A DNA stretch of 64,000 bases from contig CALHMG010000054.1 of the NCBI GenBank assembly GCA_938034705.1, positions 25,773 through 89,772 on the forward strand. Direction: 5' to 3'. This document shows, one piece after another, positions 39,940 through 50,221 of the stretch. Position 1 is the first letter of the stretch. Each line of letters starts with the position of its first letter. Origin of the DNA: an uncultured Gammaproteobacteria bacterium (GTDB lineage: Bacteria > Pseudomonadota > Gammaproteobacteria > Arenicellales > CALHMG01). The translations under genes and the position numbers were made by a program. The notes beneath the pieces were generated by a model. The model was not told the DNA's origin, searched no databases, and worked only from the letters and a program-made list of their open reading frames with translations.

Positions 39940-40947
39940 CTAAAGACCTTTGGGGTAAAAGCGAGCCTCGCCTTGCGGACGGCTCTTGAATCGCTTGTGC
40001 AGCCAAAAATACTGATCCGGGCGCTCGCGCACCAGCCTTTCGATTCGACGGTTCATCATCGTTGCATCTTCAATATCGTCTGCGGACGGATAGTTATCCA
40101 CCGGCTCATCGAATTTCAGCACATAACCCTGGCCACGCGGCTTCTGCCAGATGGCCATTGGCACGACGACCGCGTCGGTCAGGGCGGTAAATCTGGATCC
40201 CGCTGCGACGGTTGATGTTGCGATGCCGAAAAACGGCGCAAACACGGTCTGACGACGGCCGAGGTCCTGATCCGGCAGATAGTAAAAATGACGACCGCTG
40301 CGCAGGTTGCGTATGACCGGCTTGAGCCCGGACCGATGCTCTGCGAGACCGAGCGGCGACGCCTCGCGACCGTTGGCCGTTATCCAGTCGAGCAGCGCGA
40401 CGCCCGTGGGCTGTGTTGTGCAAACGTGATGATAGGCCGCATGAAACACAGGATTGCGCGGCGCCTTGTACATCGCAAAGACCGGCATGAGCTGACTGAC
40501 GAAGAGCCCGCCCAGGCCACAGCTTACAAAATGTGGTGACAGCAGAATCACCGGGCGCCCGTTGCGTATGATTTCGTCGACATGGTCTCGTCCTTGCACT
40601 TCAACCAGCCTTTCGAGGCGAGCGAACGATGACCACGACGCAACGCCCGTATCAAACACGCTCTGCCCCACACTTCTGAAACTGTCTTTGAGCAAACGGG
40701 CGCGCGCGGTCGCATCGAGTTCAGGGAAGCAGGCCCTGATGTTGATATCGGCCACCTCCACGCGACGCTTTATCGTGAAGCGCAGAATATCTCCGATCAC
40801 CGCACCCAGTGCCGACAGCATCGGCAGCGGCAGCTTGCAGACCAGCCGCCATGAGACGAGTCCCACCCACGTCAGCCAGTAGCGCGGCGAATACGCATTG
40901 ATGTCGCTTAAGATCGGTGACGGCAGCCTGGCATCAGATTCAGCCAT
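39940..40947 (-). CDS. lipid A late acyltransferase, LpxL/LpxM (HtrB/MsbB) family
   Basis: N-terminal membrane anchor (YWLTWVGLVSWRLV) and acyltransferase core (ILLSPHFVSCG..., PDQDLG...FAPFFG). The ATG at 40947 gives an 8-nt overlap with the upstream paralogue. The track start at 41034 is over-extended. Confidence 0.85.
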   Translation of the reverse strand: MAESDARLPSPILSDINAYSPRYWLTWVGLVSWRLVCKLPLPMLSALGAVIGDILRFTIKRRVEVADINIRACFPELDATARARLLKDSFRSVGQSVFDTGVASWSSFARLERLVEVQGRDHVDEIIRNGRPVILLSPHFVSCGLGGLFVSQLMPVFAMYKAPRNPVFHAAYHHVCTTQPTGVALLDWITANGREASPLGLAEHRSGLKPVIRNLRSGRHFYYLPDQDLGRRQTVFAPFFGIATSTVAAGSRFTALTDAVVVPMAIWQKPRGQGYVLKFDEPVDNYPSADDIEDATMMNRRIERLVRERPDQYFWLHKRFKSRPQGEARFYPKGL

Positions 40948-41902
40948 AGGGCGAAGCCTCGCCATCCGGACGCGTCTTGAACCAGCGCAGGGTCCACATG
41001 TACTGGGCCGGGGCGCGACTGATTCCGCGCTCAAGAGCGGCGTTCATTGCTGTGGTGTCAGCAACGTCATCACCGGACGGAAAGTTCGCGAGCGGCGGAT
41101 CAACATCAACGGTGTAGCCTTTGCCGTCCGGTCGAATTCGAGCGAAACACGGAATCACATCGACTCCGGCGATTTTTGCCATGCGACCCACGGTCGTGAG
41201 AGTTGATGTCGGTACGCCAAAGAAAGGAGCGAATACCGAGTTGCGTGTGCCGAAGTCTTCGTCGGGCATGTAAAACACAACGCGGTTACTCCTGAGCGAC
41301 TTTATCAGCGGACGTAATCCGGCGTCGCGCAGCCAGATATCAGCGTTGAATCGCCTGCGTCCGCTTGTGATCAACCAGTCGATGATGGGATTTGGCAGCG
41401 CTTTCATCATGGAAACGCACGGAACGTAGTGGGAAACCATAATTCCACCCAGATCAAGGCCCGCTGCGTGGGGCGTGATGATCAACACGCTCTCACCCCG
41501 GTCAATGCGTTCGCGCAGGCGTTCAAGTCCGTTGATGCTGATCAGGCTTTCCAGACGTTTCTCCGAGGCCCACCAGATCAGACCAAGATCCAGCACGCTG
41601 CGACCGAAGGATCGAAAGTGTTCGCGGACCATCTCCTCACGCTCGGACTCTGACAGGTCGCGAAAGCACATATCAATGTTGGTGCGAGCAATCGCCCTTC
41701 GTTTGGCGTTCATGTTGTGAAAGCGAATGCCCAGCCACCCACCGAGCCCGTAGCGCCATCGGTTTGGCAGCATAAAGCCGATAGCAACAAGACCCACAAT
41801 CAGCCACGTCCCGATGTATTTTGGATGCAGGAATGCCCACGAGAATTCAGGCTCATGGGGCGCTGTAAGCTGTGCAGGTTTGTTGGCGGATTCGTCTGAC
41901 AT
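40940..41902 (-). CDS. lipid A late acyltransferase, LpxL/LpxM family (paralogue)
   Basis: Same architecture as its neighbour (LIITPHAAGLD..., PDEDFG...FAPFFG). Confidence 0.85.
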   Translation of the reverse strand: MSDESANKPAQLTAPHEPEFSWAFLHPKYIGTWLIVGLVAIGFMLPNRWRYGLGGWLGIRFHNMNAKRRAIARTNIDMCFRDLSESEREEMVREHFRSFGRSVLDLGLIWWASEKRLESLISINGLERLRERIDRGESVLIITPHAAGLDLGGIMVSHYVPCVSMMKALPNPIIDWLITSGRRRFNADIWLRDAGLRPLIKSLRSNRVVFYMPDEDFGTRNSVFAPFFGVPTSTLTTVGRMAKIAGVDVIPCFARIRPDGKGYTVDVDPPLANFPSGDDVADTTAMNAALERGISRAPAQYMWTLRWFKTRPDGEASPYG

Positions 41903-41923
41903 CTAAAAACGGCCGATTACTTC

Positions 41924-42619
41924 TCAGGCGCGCCCAAGAATACGCTCAATGAGTTCCGGATACTCACGTTCCAGACGACTGTATTCGTCAATCGTATCGA
42001 TATCGAAAAGAGTCTGGAGTGTTACCTTAAATTCAACAGAAATTGACGCTGCGCTGGCCAGCGTTCGGGCGCCGGTCTGCGGTGCGTCCCAGTCGATGCC
42101 GGCAAACAGACCCGGGGCCACTCGGGTCAGCCCGAGCAACCAGAACCCTCCGTCCTGCGCCGGCCCGAAGACGTTGTCGCCATTTTTCAGGGACTCGGCG
42201 GCGATGACGAGCTGCTCACCCGGACACTGGGGCGCATCACAGCCCATCACCGCGGTTGCGGCCCCTTCTGCAAGCCCCTCATGCAACGCCGTGAGCATTT
42301 TGTCGCCAAGGTTACCCTCGGACTGAACCGACACGGCAATACCGTATTGATCACTGAGTTCATCGAACACCTCGTGATGCGTATCCGGCCACACCTCCAG
42401 CCGAACCTCTCCCGGCCAGTGTTCGACCGCAAGAGACGTTGTTGTACGAATCAGTCCAGCCGCAACGCGTGCAGTCTTTTGCAGCCCCAGCGATTTTGCC
42501 AGACGTGTCTTCGCCTCGCCGGGCCTTGGCGCCCGCGCAAACAGCTTCAGGATCGGCGCTTTGTTCATAAGCGTTGGACGATCGACTGACTGATCTATTG
42601 GAACTGGATCATCGTTCAT
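41924..42619 (-). CDS. DUF2064 / TIGR04282-like nucleotidyltransferase-fold protein (start at 42619 or 42568)
   Basis: ILKLFARAPRPGEAKTRL...NLGDKM...MGCDAPQ...GPAQDGGFWLLGL matches my memory of the DUF2064 signature. Overlaps the stop of the GT2 gene. Confidence 0.7.
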   Translation of the reverse strand: MNDDPVPIDQSVDRPTLMNKAPILKLFARAPRPGEAKTRLAKSLGLQKTARVAAGLIRTTTSLAVEHWPGEVRLEVWPDTHHEVFDELSDQYGIAVSVQSEGNLGDKMLTALHEGLAEGAATAVMGCDAPQCPGEQLVIAAESLKNGDNVFGPAQDGGFWLLGLTRVAPGLFAGIDWDAPQTGARTLASAASISVEFKVTLQTLFDIDTIDEYSRLEREYPELIERILGRA

Positions 42620-43397
42620 GTTGAACGCCGTCGTCTTTCCCGGCGGCCTTCGCCCGGGCGTTACCGTAAAGGGACGCGAGTTTTTGCGGCGACACACCGA
42701 AAAAGTACATCAGCCGCAGCTTCCACATCAGCGCCATCGTTTTATAGACCCCGTTGACCTGCCAGCGTCGAGCAGAGGTGGTCACTCGCGGACCGGGGAC
42801 TGCCGGCAGTCCAAATTTCCGTTTGAGTCTTTTTGAAATTTCGATGTCTTCCATCAACGGTTGTTCCGGAAAGCCGCCCACGGCTTCAAAGGCGCGTCGG
42901 CTCATAAACTGGCACTGATCACCCGTCGTCATGCCGGTTATTCTCGAGCGATGATTCATCATAAATTCGATCATGCGATAGGGAAAACCGGCGGCGTCGA
43001 GACGAACGTCAAAGCGTCCCCATTCACCGCCGCGCCCGAGACTGTGTTCGATGGCCTGTCCCGATCCGGGCGGCAGCGCGGTATCGGCGTGAACGAACAG
43101 CAAAATATCCCCCGTCGCGGCCGCCGCCCCTGCGTTCATTTGACGTGCCCGTCCGCGGGGCGCATCGACCATGATCTCGACACAGGGCTTCGATGCAAAC
43201 CGTTTGACCGCTGATTGCGCAACAAGACGACCGTCACCGCGACTCGCGTCGACGACGATCACCTGCCGAAAGTCGCCCAGGTCGACAAGAGACTCGATGT
43301 GGGACAGGAGCGCTTCGCTCTCTTCGTAAGCAGGAACGATAACCGAAATCTGTGGTGCCACAACGGGTTCTGCGACGTTATCGTGCCCACCGTTCAT
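42609..43397 (-). CDS. family 2 glycosyltransferase, TIGR04283-like (usual partner of DUF2064)
   Basis: ISVIVPAYEE..., GRARQMNAGAAAATGDILLFVHADT, TGDQCQFMSRRAFEAVGGFPEQPLMEDIEISKRL, VTTSARRW. Confidence 0.75.
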   Translation of the reverse strand: MNGGHDNVAEPVVAPQISVIVPAYEESEALLSHIESLVDLGDFRQVIVVDASRGDGRLVAQSAVKRFASKPCVEIMVDAPRGRARQMNAGAAAATGDILLFVHADTALPPGSGQAIEHSLGRGGEWGRFDVRLDAAGFPYRMIEFMMNHRSRITGMTTGDQCQFMSRRAFEAVGGFPEQPLMEDIEISKRLKRKFGLPAVPGPRVTTSARRWQVNGVYKTMALMWKLRLMYFFGVSPQKLASLYGNARAKAAGKDDGVQHER

Positions 43398-43451
43398 CGT
43401 TGTTCCTCAAACGAAGCCTTTACTCAGGCGCCTCAACCGGGCGACCCATAT

Positions 43452-43494
43452 AATCACGTGAACCACCTGAATCACGTGAACGACCTGAACCACC
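43452..43494. promoter_or_regulatory. two 18-bp direct repeats, each carrying a CACGTG palindrome, in a divergent promoter region
   Basis: AATCACGTGAACCACCTG (43452-43469) and AATCACGTGAACGACCTG (43470-43487), followed by a partial AACCACC. The repeats begin 55 nt from the GT2 start and end 132 nt from the GT-C gene start. Confidence 0.5.
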
Positions 43495-43625
43495 GGCGAC
43501 CGCGTACACGATGAGCAGGACGCCTGAAGGTGCGAGTGTGTTGTTATACTCGCGCGCCATAGGCTTTCAAAGTCACATCATCGGACCCGAATCCGGCCTT
43601 CGGTCGGGCTTTCGCACAGGCATCA

Positions 43626-45503
43626 ATGTCAGAATCTAACAGGGCAACCCGGTTACCCTCTAACGCTAAAGCGGCGCCGGAACCCCAGACGCCAGCCGCC
43701 CCGAAACGCTCCGGTATTGTTACAGCCGCGGTGGGCTGGGCCCTGTTTATCGCTTTTCTGACCTACTTTAACCTGACGTCAAGCGCGCTCCCCCACGGCG
43801 CCGGCCCCGACTACGCCGCACACGACGACGCTTCGCGATTCATCTTTGAAAACCATCGTCTCGCGCAGCTTCCCGAAGATGAGGCAGAGCTCAATTTCAC
43901 GCCTTACGGCGGCACCCGGGCGCTGCGCCCTCCGCTGTCCTACATCGTCTCGGCCGCGGTGGCCAAGGCGCTGCAGAGCAGTCAGAAAAAACTGGAAATT
44001 CTGTTTCGCAAAGGATCGGCACTGTTCTGTGCCCTGACGGTGCTCGTGCTGTTTCAGACTCTGGTCGTCTTTTTTAACAGCTATAAGCTCGCGACCTTTG
44101 GCGCAATCGCAATCGGCCTGCTGCCGCAATTTACCTTTATCGCGTCCTATAACAACGACGATGCGGGAGCGATCTTCTCGGCGTCGATGATGATCCTCGC
44201 AATGACGGTTGTCTTCAGAAACGGCGTCTCTGTCAAATCCCTTGCCCTGATGGGGCTCGCGGCCGGACTGGTCATCATTACAAAACCCAGTGCCTGGATC
44301 ATCGCGCCGTCGGTGCTGCTGTTCGCGGCATTGTTTATCTTTACCAAACTGCCGAAGGCCCTGGGTCCGATGCTGATCGGATTGCTGGTTATGGCCGTCA
44401 CCGGTGGATGGTGGATCGCCATGAACGTCCATCACTACGGGATAAACGATCCACTTCTGCAGAAAGTCATCAAAACGACCGCAGAAAAGCATTCGAGATT
44501 CGATGACGACAAGAAGTTCGGTTACGCCGCACACGGCGTGACGATGGTGCAGCTGCTGAAAAACCATGGCGGATTTCTGGAGGGAACCGGACTGTCCACC
44601 ATCGGCAACCTCGACTGGCTACGACTGCGCGTCGGCAAGCACGTGTACTGGTTCTACTACGCCCTTGGTGCGCTTGGGGTGATCTACTGGCTGCTCAGGG
44701 TCCTCAGCATCGTGCGTCCGGGTTCTCTGCCACGACCTTCAGATCTGATCTTTGAAACCATACTGATACTGACTATCGGATTTCAGTTCTACATGTACAT
44801 GTGGGCCAACATGTACAACGACATACAGATTCAGGGCAAATATCTGCTGCCAGTTGTTGGCGCCCTGCTGATTCTGAGTCTCTGCGCACTGCGGGCCGCC
44901 GGCAGCATCGCGTGGTCGATCGCCGATCGCGCTGGCGCAGGCAGAATTTCGTTCACCCAGGGTGGTGTCGGCATATTTGCGATTCTGGCTCTGATCGCTG
45001 CCGCGTTTGCGCTGCATCGTGATTCCCTCGTCAACCACGTGCTGCCCTTTTATCAGCCCGCCTTCTATCAGGAGCCACTGCGTCCTGTTGCCGTCAAACC
45101 GTTCAAGCGAATCACCATCAACCCTGGTCGATTCAAGGCGGCAAACCAGATCGACAACGCCAGACTGGACGGCAAGAAACTCGTGTTTGAATCGACTGGC
45201 TCTGATCCCTGGTTCGTACCGTCGTTGAAAAACTGCGGTGGCGCCAGCGACAATACGCTGGTGCGTATCGTCATGACCGCGCCGGACAAAGGCCGTTTCA
45301 GCATTTACTGGGACGACGGCAACGGGTTTTCTGACCAGGCTCGAACGACGGTACGCTACAACAGCGGGCGCCAGGAACTGCACATCTGGATCGCGCCCCG
45401 CTCGTGCCAGCAGTTGCGATTTGACCCCGGAGTCGCACCGGGCGATTTTGTTATCCACCGAGTCAGCATCGCGCAGATCGACATCGGCCCCCGCGCTGAT
45501 TGA
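43626..45503 (+). CDS. polytopic GT-C-type (ArnT/PMT-like) glycosyltransferase with a C-terminal soluble domain
   Basis: About 12 predicted TM segments over the first ~480 aa, acidic loop motif NNDDAGAIF, then a beta-rich ~130-aa C-terminal domain. Confidence 0.6.
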   Translation: MSESNRATRLPSNAKAAPEPQTPAAPKRSGIVTAAVGWALFIAFLTYFNLTSSALPHGAGPDYAAHDDASRFIFENHRLAQLPEDEAELNFTPYGGTRALRPPLSYIVSAAVAKALQSSQKKLEILFRKGSALFCALTVLVLFQTLVVFFNSYKLATFGAIAIGLLPQFTFIASYNNDDAGAIFSASMMILAMTVVFRNGVSVKSLALMGLAAGLVIITKPSAWIIAPSVLLFAALFIFTKLPKALGPMLIGLLVMAVTGGWWIAMNVHHYGINDPLLQKVIKTTAEKHSRFDDDKKFGYAAHGVTMVQLLKNHGGFLEGTGLSTIGNLDWLRLRVGKHVYWFYYALGALGVIYWLLRVLSIVRPGSLPRPSDLIFETILILTIGFQFYMYMWANMYNDIQIQGKYLLPVVGALLILSLCALRAAGSIAWSIADRAGAGRISFTQGGVGIFAILALIAAAFALHRDSLVNHVLPFYQPAFYQEPLRPVAVKPFKRITINPGRFKAANQIDNARLDGKKLVFESTGSDPWFVPSLKNCGGASDNTLVRIVMTAPDKGRFSIYWDDGNGFSDQARTTVRYNSGRQELHIWIAPRSCQQLRFDPGVAPGDFVIHRVSIAQIDIGPRAD

Positions 45504-45548
45504 CCGATCCATCAACGCTGCCCTGACAACAGACAAAGGTTTTGATCC

Positions 45549-46709
45549 GTGAACATTCTCGCGCTCAACTACGAGTATCCACCCCTTGGCGGCGGCGGCG
45601 GCGTTCTGTCAGAACATGTGCTGGAGCATCTTGCCGCGGCCGGCCATACGACAACACTGATCACTTCGGGTGGCCAGAATCTCGATCAGCTCGAAACACG
45701 ACGCGGTGTTCGCATCGAACGGGTTCCTGTGCTCATGCGCAACGCCAAAAACACAGCTTCCATGGCGTCAATGCTGAGCTATCACCCGCTCGCCTGCAAA
45801 GCGGGCATGAAAGCCGCGCAGGCCAGCAAGTTCGACTGCCTGCTGACGTTCTTCGCTATTCCGACCGGCCCGGCGGGCGCGCACATCGCGAAAAAGACAG
45901 GCATCCCCAACGTGCTGTTTCTGCTCGGTGGTGACGTCTATGACCCCAGCAAAAAGCTCTCACCGCACAAGACACCCCTGCTTCGGGGTACCGTTGGCCG
46001 CGTGATTCGCGAAGCCGACCATGTGTTCGCCGGTTCCAGGGATGTTCGTGCCAGCGCCCTGAAATACTTCTCGCTCGGCGACAAGCCGGTCGAGGTTGTC
46101 CCACTCAGTATCGCGCCGTTCGATATCCCCCGGGTGAACCGAAGCGATCTGGGGTTTGCCGAGGACGACGTTGTAATCACCACCATCGGTCGCCTCGTCA
46201 GTCGCAAGAATGTCGAGGCGCTGATAGAGGCCGTTTTGCGCGTCAACGCCGAGGGCTCCGCCTGTCGACTCACGGTAATGGGTGACGGCCCGTCTCGCGA
46301 GGGACTGCAGTCGATGATTGATGAAAAGAACGCTGCCGACCGGATAACGCTGCTTGGCAACGTCAGCGAAGAGGACAAACATCGACACCTCGCCGCCGCC
46401 GACATTTATGCATCGACATCGATCCACGAAGGGTTTGGCCTGGTGTTTCTCGAAGGCATGCACGCTGGACTACCGGTGGTCTGTTACGACAACGGAGGCC
46501 AGACTGATTTCGTCATCGAAGACAAAAACGGCTACGTCATCAAGCTCAACGAGCTTGATGATTTCAGCAAAGCGCTGAAGCGACTGGTGGACGATCGATC
46601 TTTGCGAGAACGCATGAAAGCGCGCAACATCGAGGACGTCAAAGGCTATTACGTCGAAACCGCGTGCCAACGCTATCTCGAGGTCATCGAACAGCTCGCG
46701 CAACGCTGA
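45549..46709 (+). CDS. family 4 (GT-B, group 1) glycosyltransferase
   Basis: GTG start with AAGG Shine-Dalgarno. N-terminus YPPLGGGGGV. E-x7-E region EGFGLVFLEGMHAGLPVV. Confidence 0.85.
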   Translation: MNILALNYEYPPLGGGGGVLSEHVLEHLAAAGHTTTLITSGGQNLDQLETRRGVRIERVPVLMRNAKNTASMASMLSYHPLACKAGMKAAQASKFDCLLTFFAIPTGPAGAHIAKKTGIPNVLFLLGGDVYDPSKKLSPHKTPLLRGTVGRVIREADHVFAGSRDVRASALKYFSLGDKPVEVVPLSIAPFDIPRVNRSDLGFAEDDVVITTIGRLVSRKNVEALIEAVLRVNAEGSACRLTVMGDGPSREGLQSMIDEKNAADRITLLGNVSEEDKHRHLAAADIYASTSIHEGFGLVFLEGMHAGLPVVCYDNGGQTDFVIEDKNGYVIKLNELDDFSKALKRLVDDRSLRERMKARNIEDVKGYYVETACQRYLEVIEQLAQR

Positions 46710-46720
46710 CGCGAAGGCAC

Positions 46721-47950
46721 CTACTCTCCAGGATTTCTTCCGCGCAGCGCTGCGATTCTCATACGCAACGCGTTGAGCTTGATAAAGCCCGTTGCGTCAC
46801 CCTGATCGTATGCGCCCTGATCTTCCTCAAACGTTGCAATTTTTTCATCGAACAGCGAGTCCTGAGAAGACTTGCGACCCACAACGTCAACGTTGCCTTT
46901 ATAAAGTCGAAGCGCGACTACACCGTTAACCCAGACCTGGGACTGGTCGATCATTGTCTGCAGCATCTCTCGCTCCGGACTCCACCAGTATCCGTTATAG
47001 ATAAGCTTGGCATACCTGGGCATCAGCTCATCCTTGAGGTGGGCAACTTCTCTGTCGAGCGTTATCGACTCAATCGCCCGATGCCCCTTGAGCATGATGG
47101 TACCGGCCGGGGTTTCATAGCAGCCTCGTGACTTCATGCCAACGTAACGGTTCTCGACCAGATCCGCGCGGCCAATGCCATGCTTGCCACCGAGCGCGTT
47201 CAACATCTCCATGCAGGTCGCAGGCGAAACGGTCTGCCCGTTGATCGCAACCGGATCACCTCGGCGATATTCGATTTCGATGACCTCAGGTTCATCCGGT
47301 GCGGCCATCGGCGATACCGACCAGCGCCACATGTCCTCCGGGGGCGCTGACCACGGATCTTCGAGCATTCCTCCTTCGTAAGAGATGTGCAGAAGGTTCG
47401 CGTCCATCGAATAGTCCGCACCACCGTCGGCTTTCTTCTCGACGGCGATGCCGTGATCCTGTGCGTACTGAAGCAGACGCTGGCGGGACGTCAGATCCCA
47501 CTCGCGCCAGGGTGCGACGATCACGATGTCCGGGTTGAGCGCATACGCGCCGAGCTCGAATCGAACCTGATCGTTGCCTTTTCCGGTTGCCCCGTGGGAC
47601 ACCGCGTCGGCCTCCGTTTCAAGAGCAATGCCGACAAGACGCTTGGCTATCAGCGGACGCGCGATTGAAGTCCCCAGCAGATACTCGCCTTCATAGACGG
47701 TATTTGCCCTGAACATCGGAAAGACGAAATCCCGGGCAAACTCCTCGCGCAGATCTTCGATATAGATCTCTTTAACGCCCATGGCCTCGGCCTTGGCGCG
47801 CGCCGGTTCAACCTCCTCGCCCTGTCCAATATCGGCTGTGAAGGTGACGACCTCGCATTCGTAGACTTCCTGCAGCCACTTGAGAATGATGGAAGTATCG
47901 AGTCCGCCCGAATAGGCGAGGACAGCTTTGTTGATCGAAGGGCGAGACAT
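46721..47950 (-). CDS. argG: argininosuccinate synthase
   Basis: [11 protein letters not shown]-loop. 409 aa, conserved throughout. Confidence 0.95.
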   Translation of the reverse strand: MSRPSINKAVLAYSGGLDTSIILKWLQEVYECEVVTFTADIGQGEEVEPARAKAEAMGVKEIYIEDLREEFARDFVFPMFRANTVYEGEYLLGTSIARPLIAKRLVGIALETEADAVSHGATGKGNDQVRFELGAYALNPDIVIVAPWREWDLTSRQRLLQYAQDHGIAVEKKADGGADYSMDANLLHISYEGGMLEDPWSAPPEDMWRWSVSPMAAPDEPEVIEIEYRRGDPVAINGQTVSPATCMEMLNALGGKHGIGRADLVENRYVGMKSRGCYETPAGTIMLKGHRAIESITLDREVAHLKDELMPRYAKLIYNGYWWSPEREMLQTMIDQSQVWVNGVVALRLYKGNVDVVGRKSSQDSLFDEKIATFEEDQGAYDQGDATGFIKLNALRMRIAALRGRNPGE

Positions 47951-48202
47951 GGTTCAACTCTCAGCGATGGTCGGTGGTCAGGGCCGGGGCCGGCCGCGGG
48001 CCCGGTAGTTTCGGCCGCACGCCCCACCCGGTCAACCCACAGCTGTTTCGCAATCGGTAATCCGCATCTTCGCTCCACAATCCCACCGAGAACCGCCATT
48101 AAGTAGAGTGGTCGAGTTCGCGCTGCTACAATGATCGATTCAGGCAAATGGTCCTTCGCACCAATCGCGAACACCGGCTGCACAACTCGAAACAGCTGGT
48201 TC

Positions 48203-49102
48203 ATGGCTCGCCACTTTCTGACAATCAGTGATCTTCAACCCGCTGAGCTCGTACAGCTCATCGAGCGCGCGATCACGCTCAAAAACCGCCACAAAGCGGG
48301 CCTGCGCGATGAATTCATGCGCGGCAAAACACTTGGGATGATCTTTACCAAGTCGTCAACGCGTACCCGAACGTCCTTTGAAGCCGCCGTCACCCAGGCC
48401 GGTGGCAACTCGTTGTTTCTTGCACCCCAGGATTCGCAACTCGCTCGAGGCGAACCGGTGGAGGATACGGCGCGGGTGATGTCACGGATGGTCGACGCCA
48501 TCGTGATCAGAACAGACAAACACTCGATGATTCAGAACTTCGCCGCCGAGTCGCTGGTTCCCGTCATCAACGGTCTCACAGATGACTTTCATCCGTGCCA
48601 GATTCTTGCCGATATCCAGACGTGGTTCGAACACCGCGGCAACATACAGGGCGAAACAATCAGCTGGATCGGGGACGGCTGCAACGTCTGTCATTCCTGG
48701 ATGAAGGCTGCCGTCGCCTTTGATTTCACCCTCAAGGTCGCGACACCCAAAGGCTATGAGCCGGACGAAGCCCTCGCCGCCGCGTGTGGCGACCACGTCG
48801 TGATCGGCAACGACCCCTATGCGGCTGCGGCCGGCGCCAGTGGTGTCATCACCGACACCTGGGCAGGCATGGGGCAGGAATTTGAAAAGGAGCAGCGTCT
48901 CGCTGACTTCGCCGGGTTCCAGGTCGATCAGCAGTTGATGGACGCGGCCAGCAACACCGCGATTTTCATGCACTGCCTGCCTGCGTATCGAGGTGTTGAA
49001 GTTGCTGCGGACGTGATTGACGGACCACGCAGCGTCGTCTGGGACGAAGCCGAAAACCGGCTCCACGCCCAGAAAGCCCTGCTTGAGTTTCTGCTGGCCT
49101 GA
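48203..49102 (+). CDS. argF: ornithine carbamoyltransferase
   Basis: MARHFLTISDL, STRTR, HPCQ and HCLPA motifs. The track start at 48131 is an extension. Confidence 0.93.
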   Translation: MARHFLTISDLQPAELVQLIERAITLKNRHKAGLRDEFMRGKTLGMIFTKSSTRTRTSFEAAVTQAGGNSLFLAPQDSQLARGEPVEDTARVMSRMVDAIVIRTDKHSMIQNFAAESLVPVINGLTDDFHPCQILADIQTWFEHRGNIQGETISWIGDGCNVCHSWMKAAVAFDFTLKVATPKGYEPDEALAAACGDHVVIGNDPYAAAAGASGVITDTWAGMGQEFEKEQRLADFAGFQVDQQLMDAASNTAIFMHCLPAYRGVEVAADVIDGPRSVVWDEAENRLHAQKALLEFLLA

Positions 49103-49128
49103 GCCGGCGGTGCGATGACGCTCCGACC

Positions 49129-50181
49129 ATGTCGACCATAAACCCCGTTCTCAGTATCAAGCAGATGGAGTGTCGTTACGACGGTCTGCCTGTCGTGCAT
49201 GCGCTCAACATGAACGTCACCCAGGGGTCGCTGGTATGCCTGCTTGGCCCGAGCGGCTGCGGCAAAACAACCGTCCTTCGAACGATCGCGGGTTTTGTGG
49301 AGCCCACCAGCGGCAGTATTGAAATCAACAACGAGGTGGTGTCGAAACCCGGCTACTCCCTTGCTCCCGAAAAACGCAAGCTCGGCATGGTGTTTCAGGA
49401 CCATGCACTGTTTCCGCATTTTACCGTCGAGCAGAATATCGCTGCAGGACTGACCGCGATATCGAACGCGGAAAAGAATCGCATTGTCGGTGAGCTTCTG
49501 GAACGCGTCGGTCTTGAAAAAATGGGCTCACGCTACCCGCACGAGCTGTCCGGTGGACAACAGCAACGCGTCGCCATTGCCCGGGCTCTTGCACCGAATC
49601 CGTCTCTTGTCCTCATGGACGAACCTTTCTCGAATCTCGACCTGGACCTGCGTGAACGACTTGGCAACGAGGTCAAGGACTTGCTTCATGACCGGGGAGC
49701 GACCTGTGTGATCGTGACCCACGATCAGTACGATGCCTTCAGCCTCGGGGATCTGGTTGGGGTCATGAACGACGGTGAGATTGTGCAGTGGGATACCCCG
49801 TACAACCTGTACCACGAGCCGAGCTGTCGATTCGTCGCAGAGTTTGTGGGTGACGGCGTTCTGATCCCGGCCAACCTCAAATCCCACGACACCGTTGAAA
49901 CAGAACTGGGGACTCACGTCAGCGACAAGGTGTGGCCGTACGCACCCGGGACCGCACTCGATATTCTCGTTCGACCCGATGACATCGCACGCAGCGATGA
50001 CACAGGGTACTCGGCAACCGTTCGTCGAAAAGCTTTTAAAGGAGCTCAGATTCTTTATACCCTGAGACTCGCAAGCGGCAGGGATGTGCTCGCGCTGATG
50101 CCAAGCCATGACAATTTCAGTCTTGGTGAGACACTCACTATTCGTCTGGAGGCAGACCACCTGGTCGCATTTCAGAAATAG
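49129..50181 (+). CDS. ABC transporter ATP-binding protein (PotA/FbpC-like, with a TOBE-like C-terminus); no permease or binding protein adjacent
   Basis: Walker A GPSGCGKTT, signature LSGGQQQRVAIARAL, and Walker B LVLMDEPFS. Confidence 0.9.
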   Translation: MSTINPVLSIKQMECRYDGLPVVHALNMNVTQGSLVCLLGPSGCGKTTVLRTIAGFVEPTSGSIEINNEVVSKPGYSLAPEKRKLGMVFQDHALFPHFTVEQNIAAGLTAISNAEKNRIVGELLERVGLEKMGSRYPHELSGGQQQRVAIARALAPNPSLVLMDEPFSNLDLDLRERLGNEVKDLLHDRGATCVIVTHDQYDAFSLGDLVGVMNDGEIVQWDTPYNLYHEPSCRFVAEFVGDGVLIPANLKSHDTVETELGTHVSDKVWPYAPGTALDILVRPDDIARSDDTGYSATVRRKAFKGAQILYTLRLASGRDVLALMPSHDNFSLGETLTIRLEADHLVAFQK

Positions 50182-50221
50182 CAGCCTCGCTTGCGTCACA
50201 GCAATTCTTCAAGAGGCTTCC

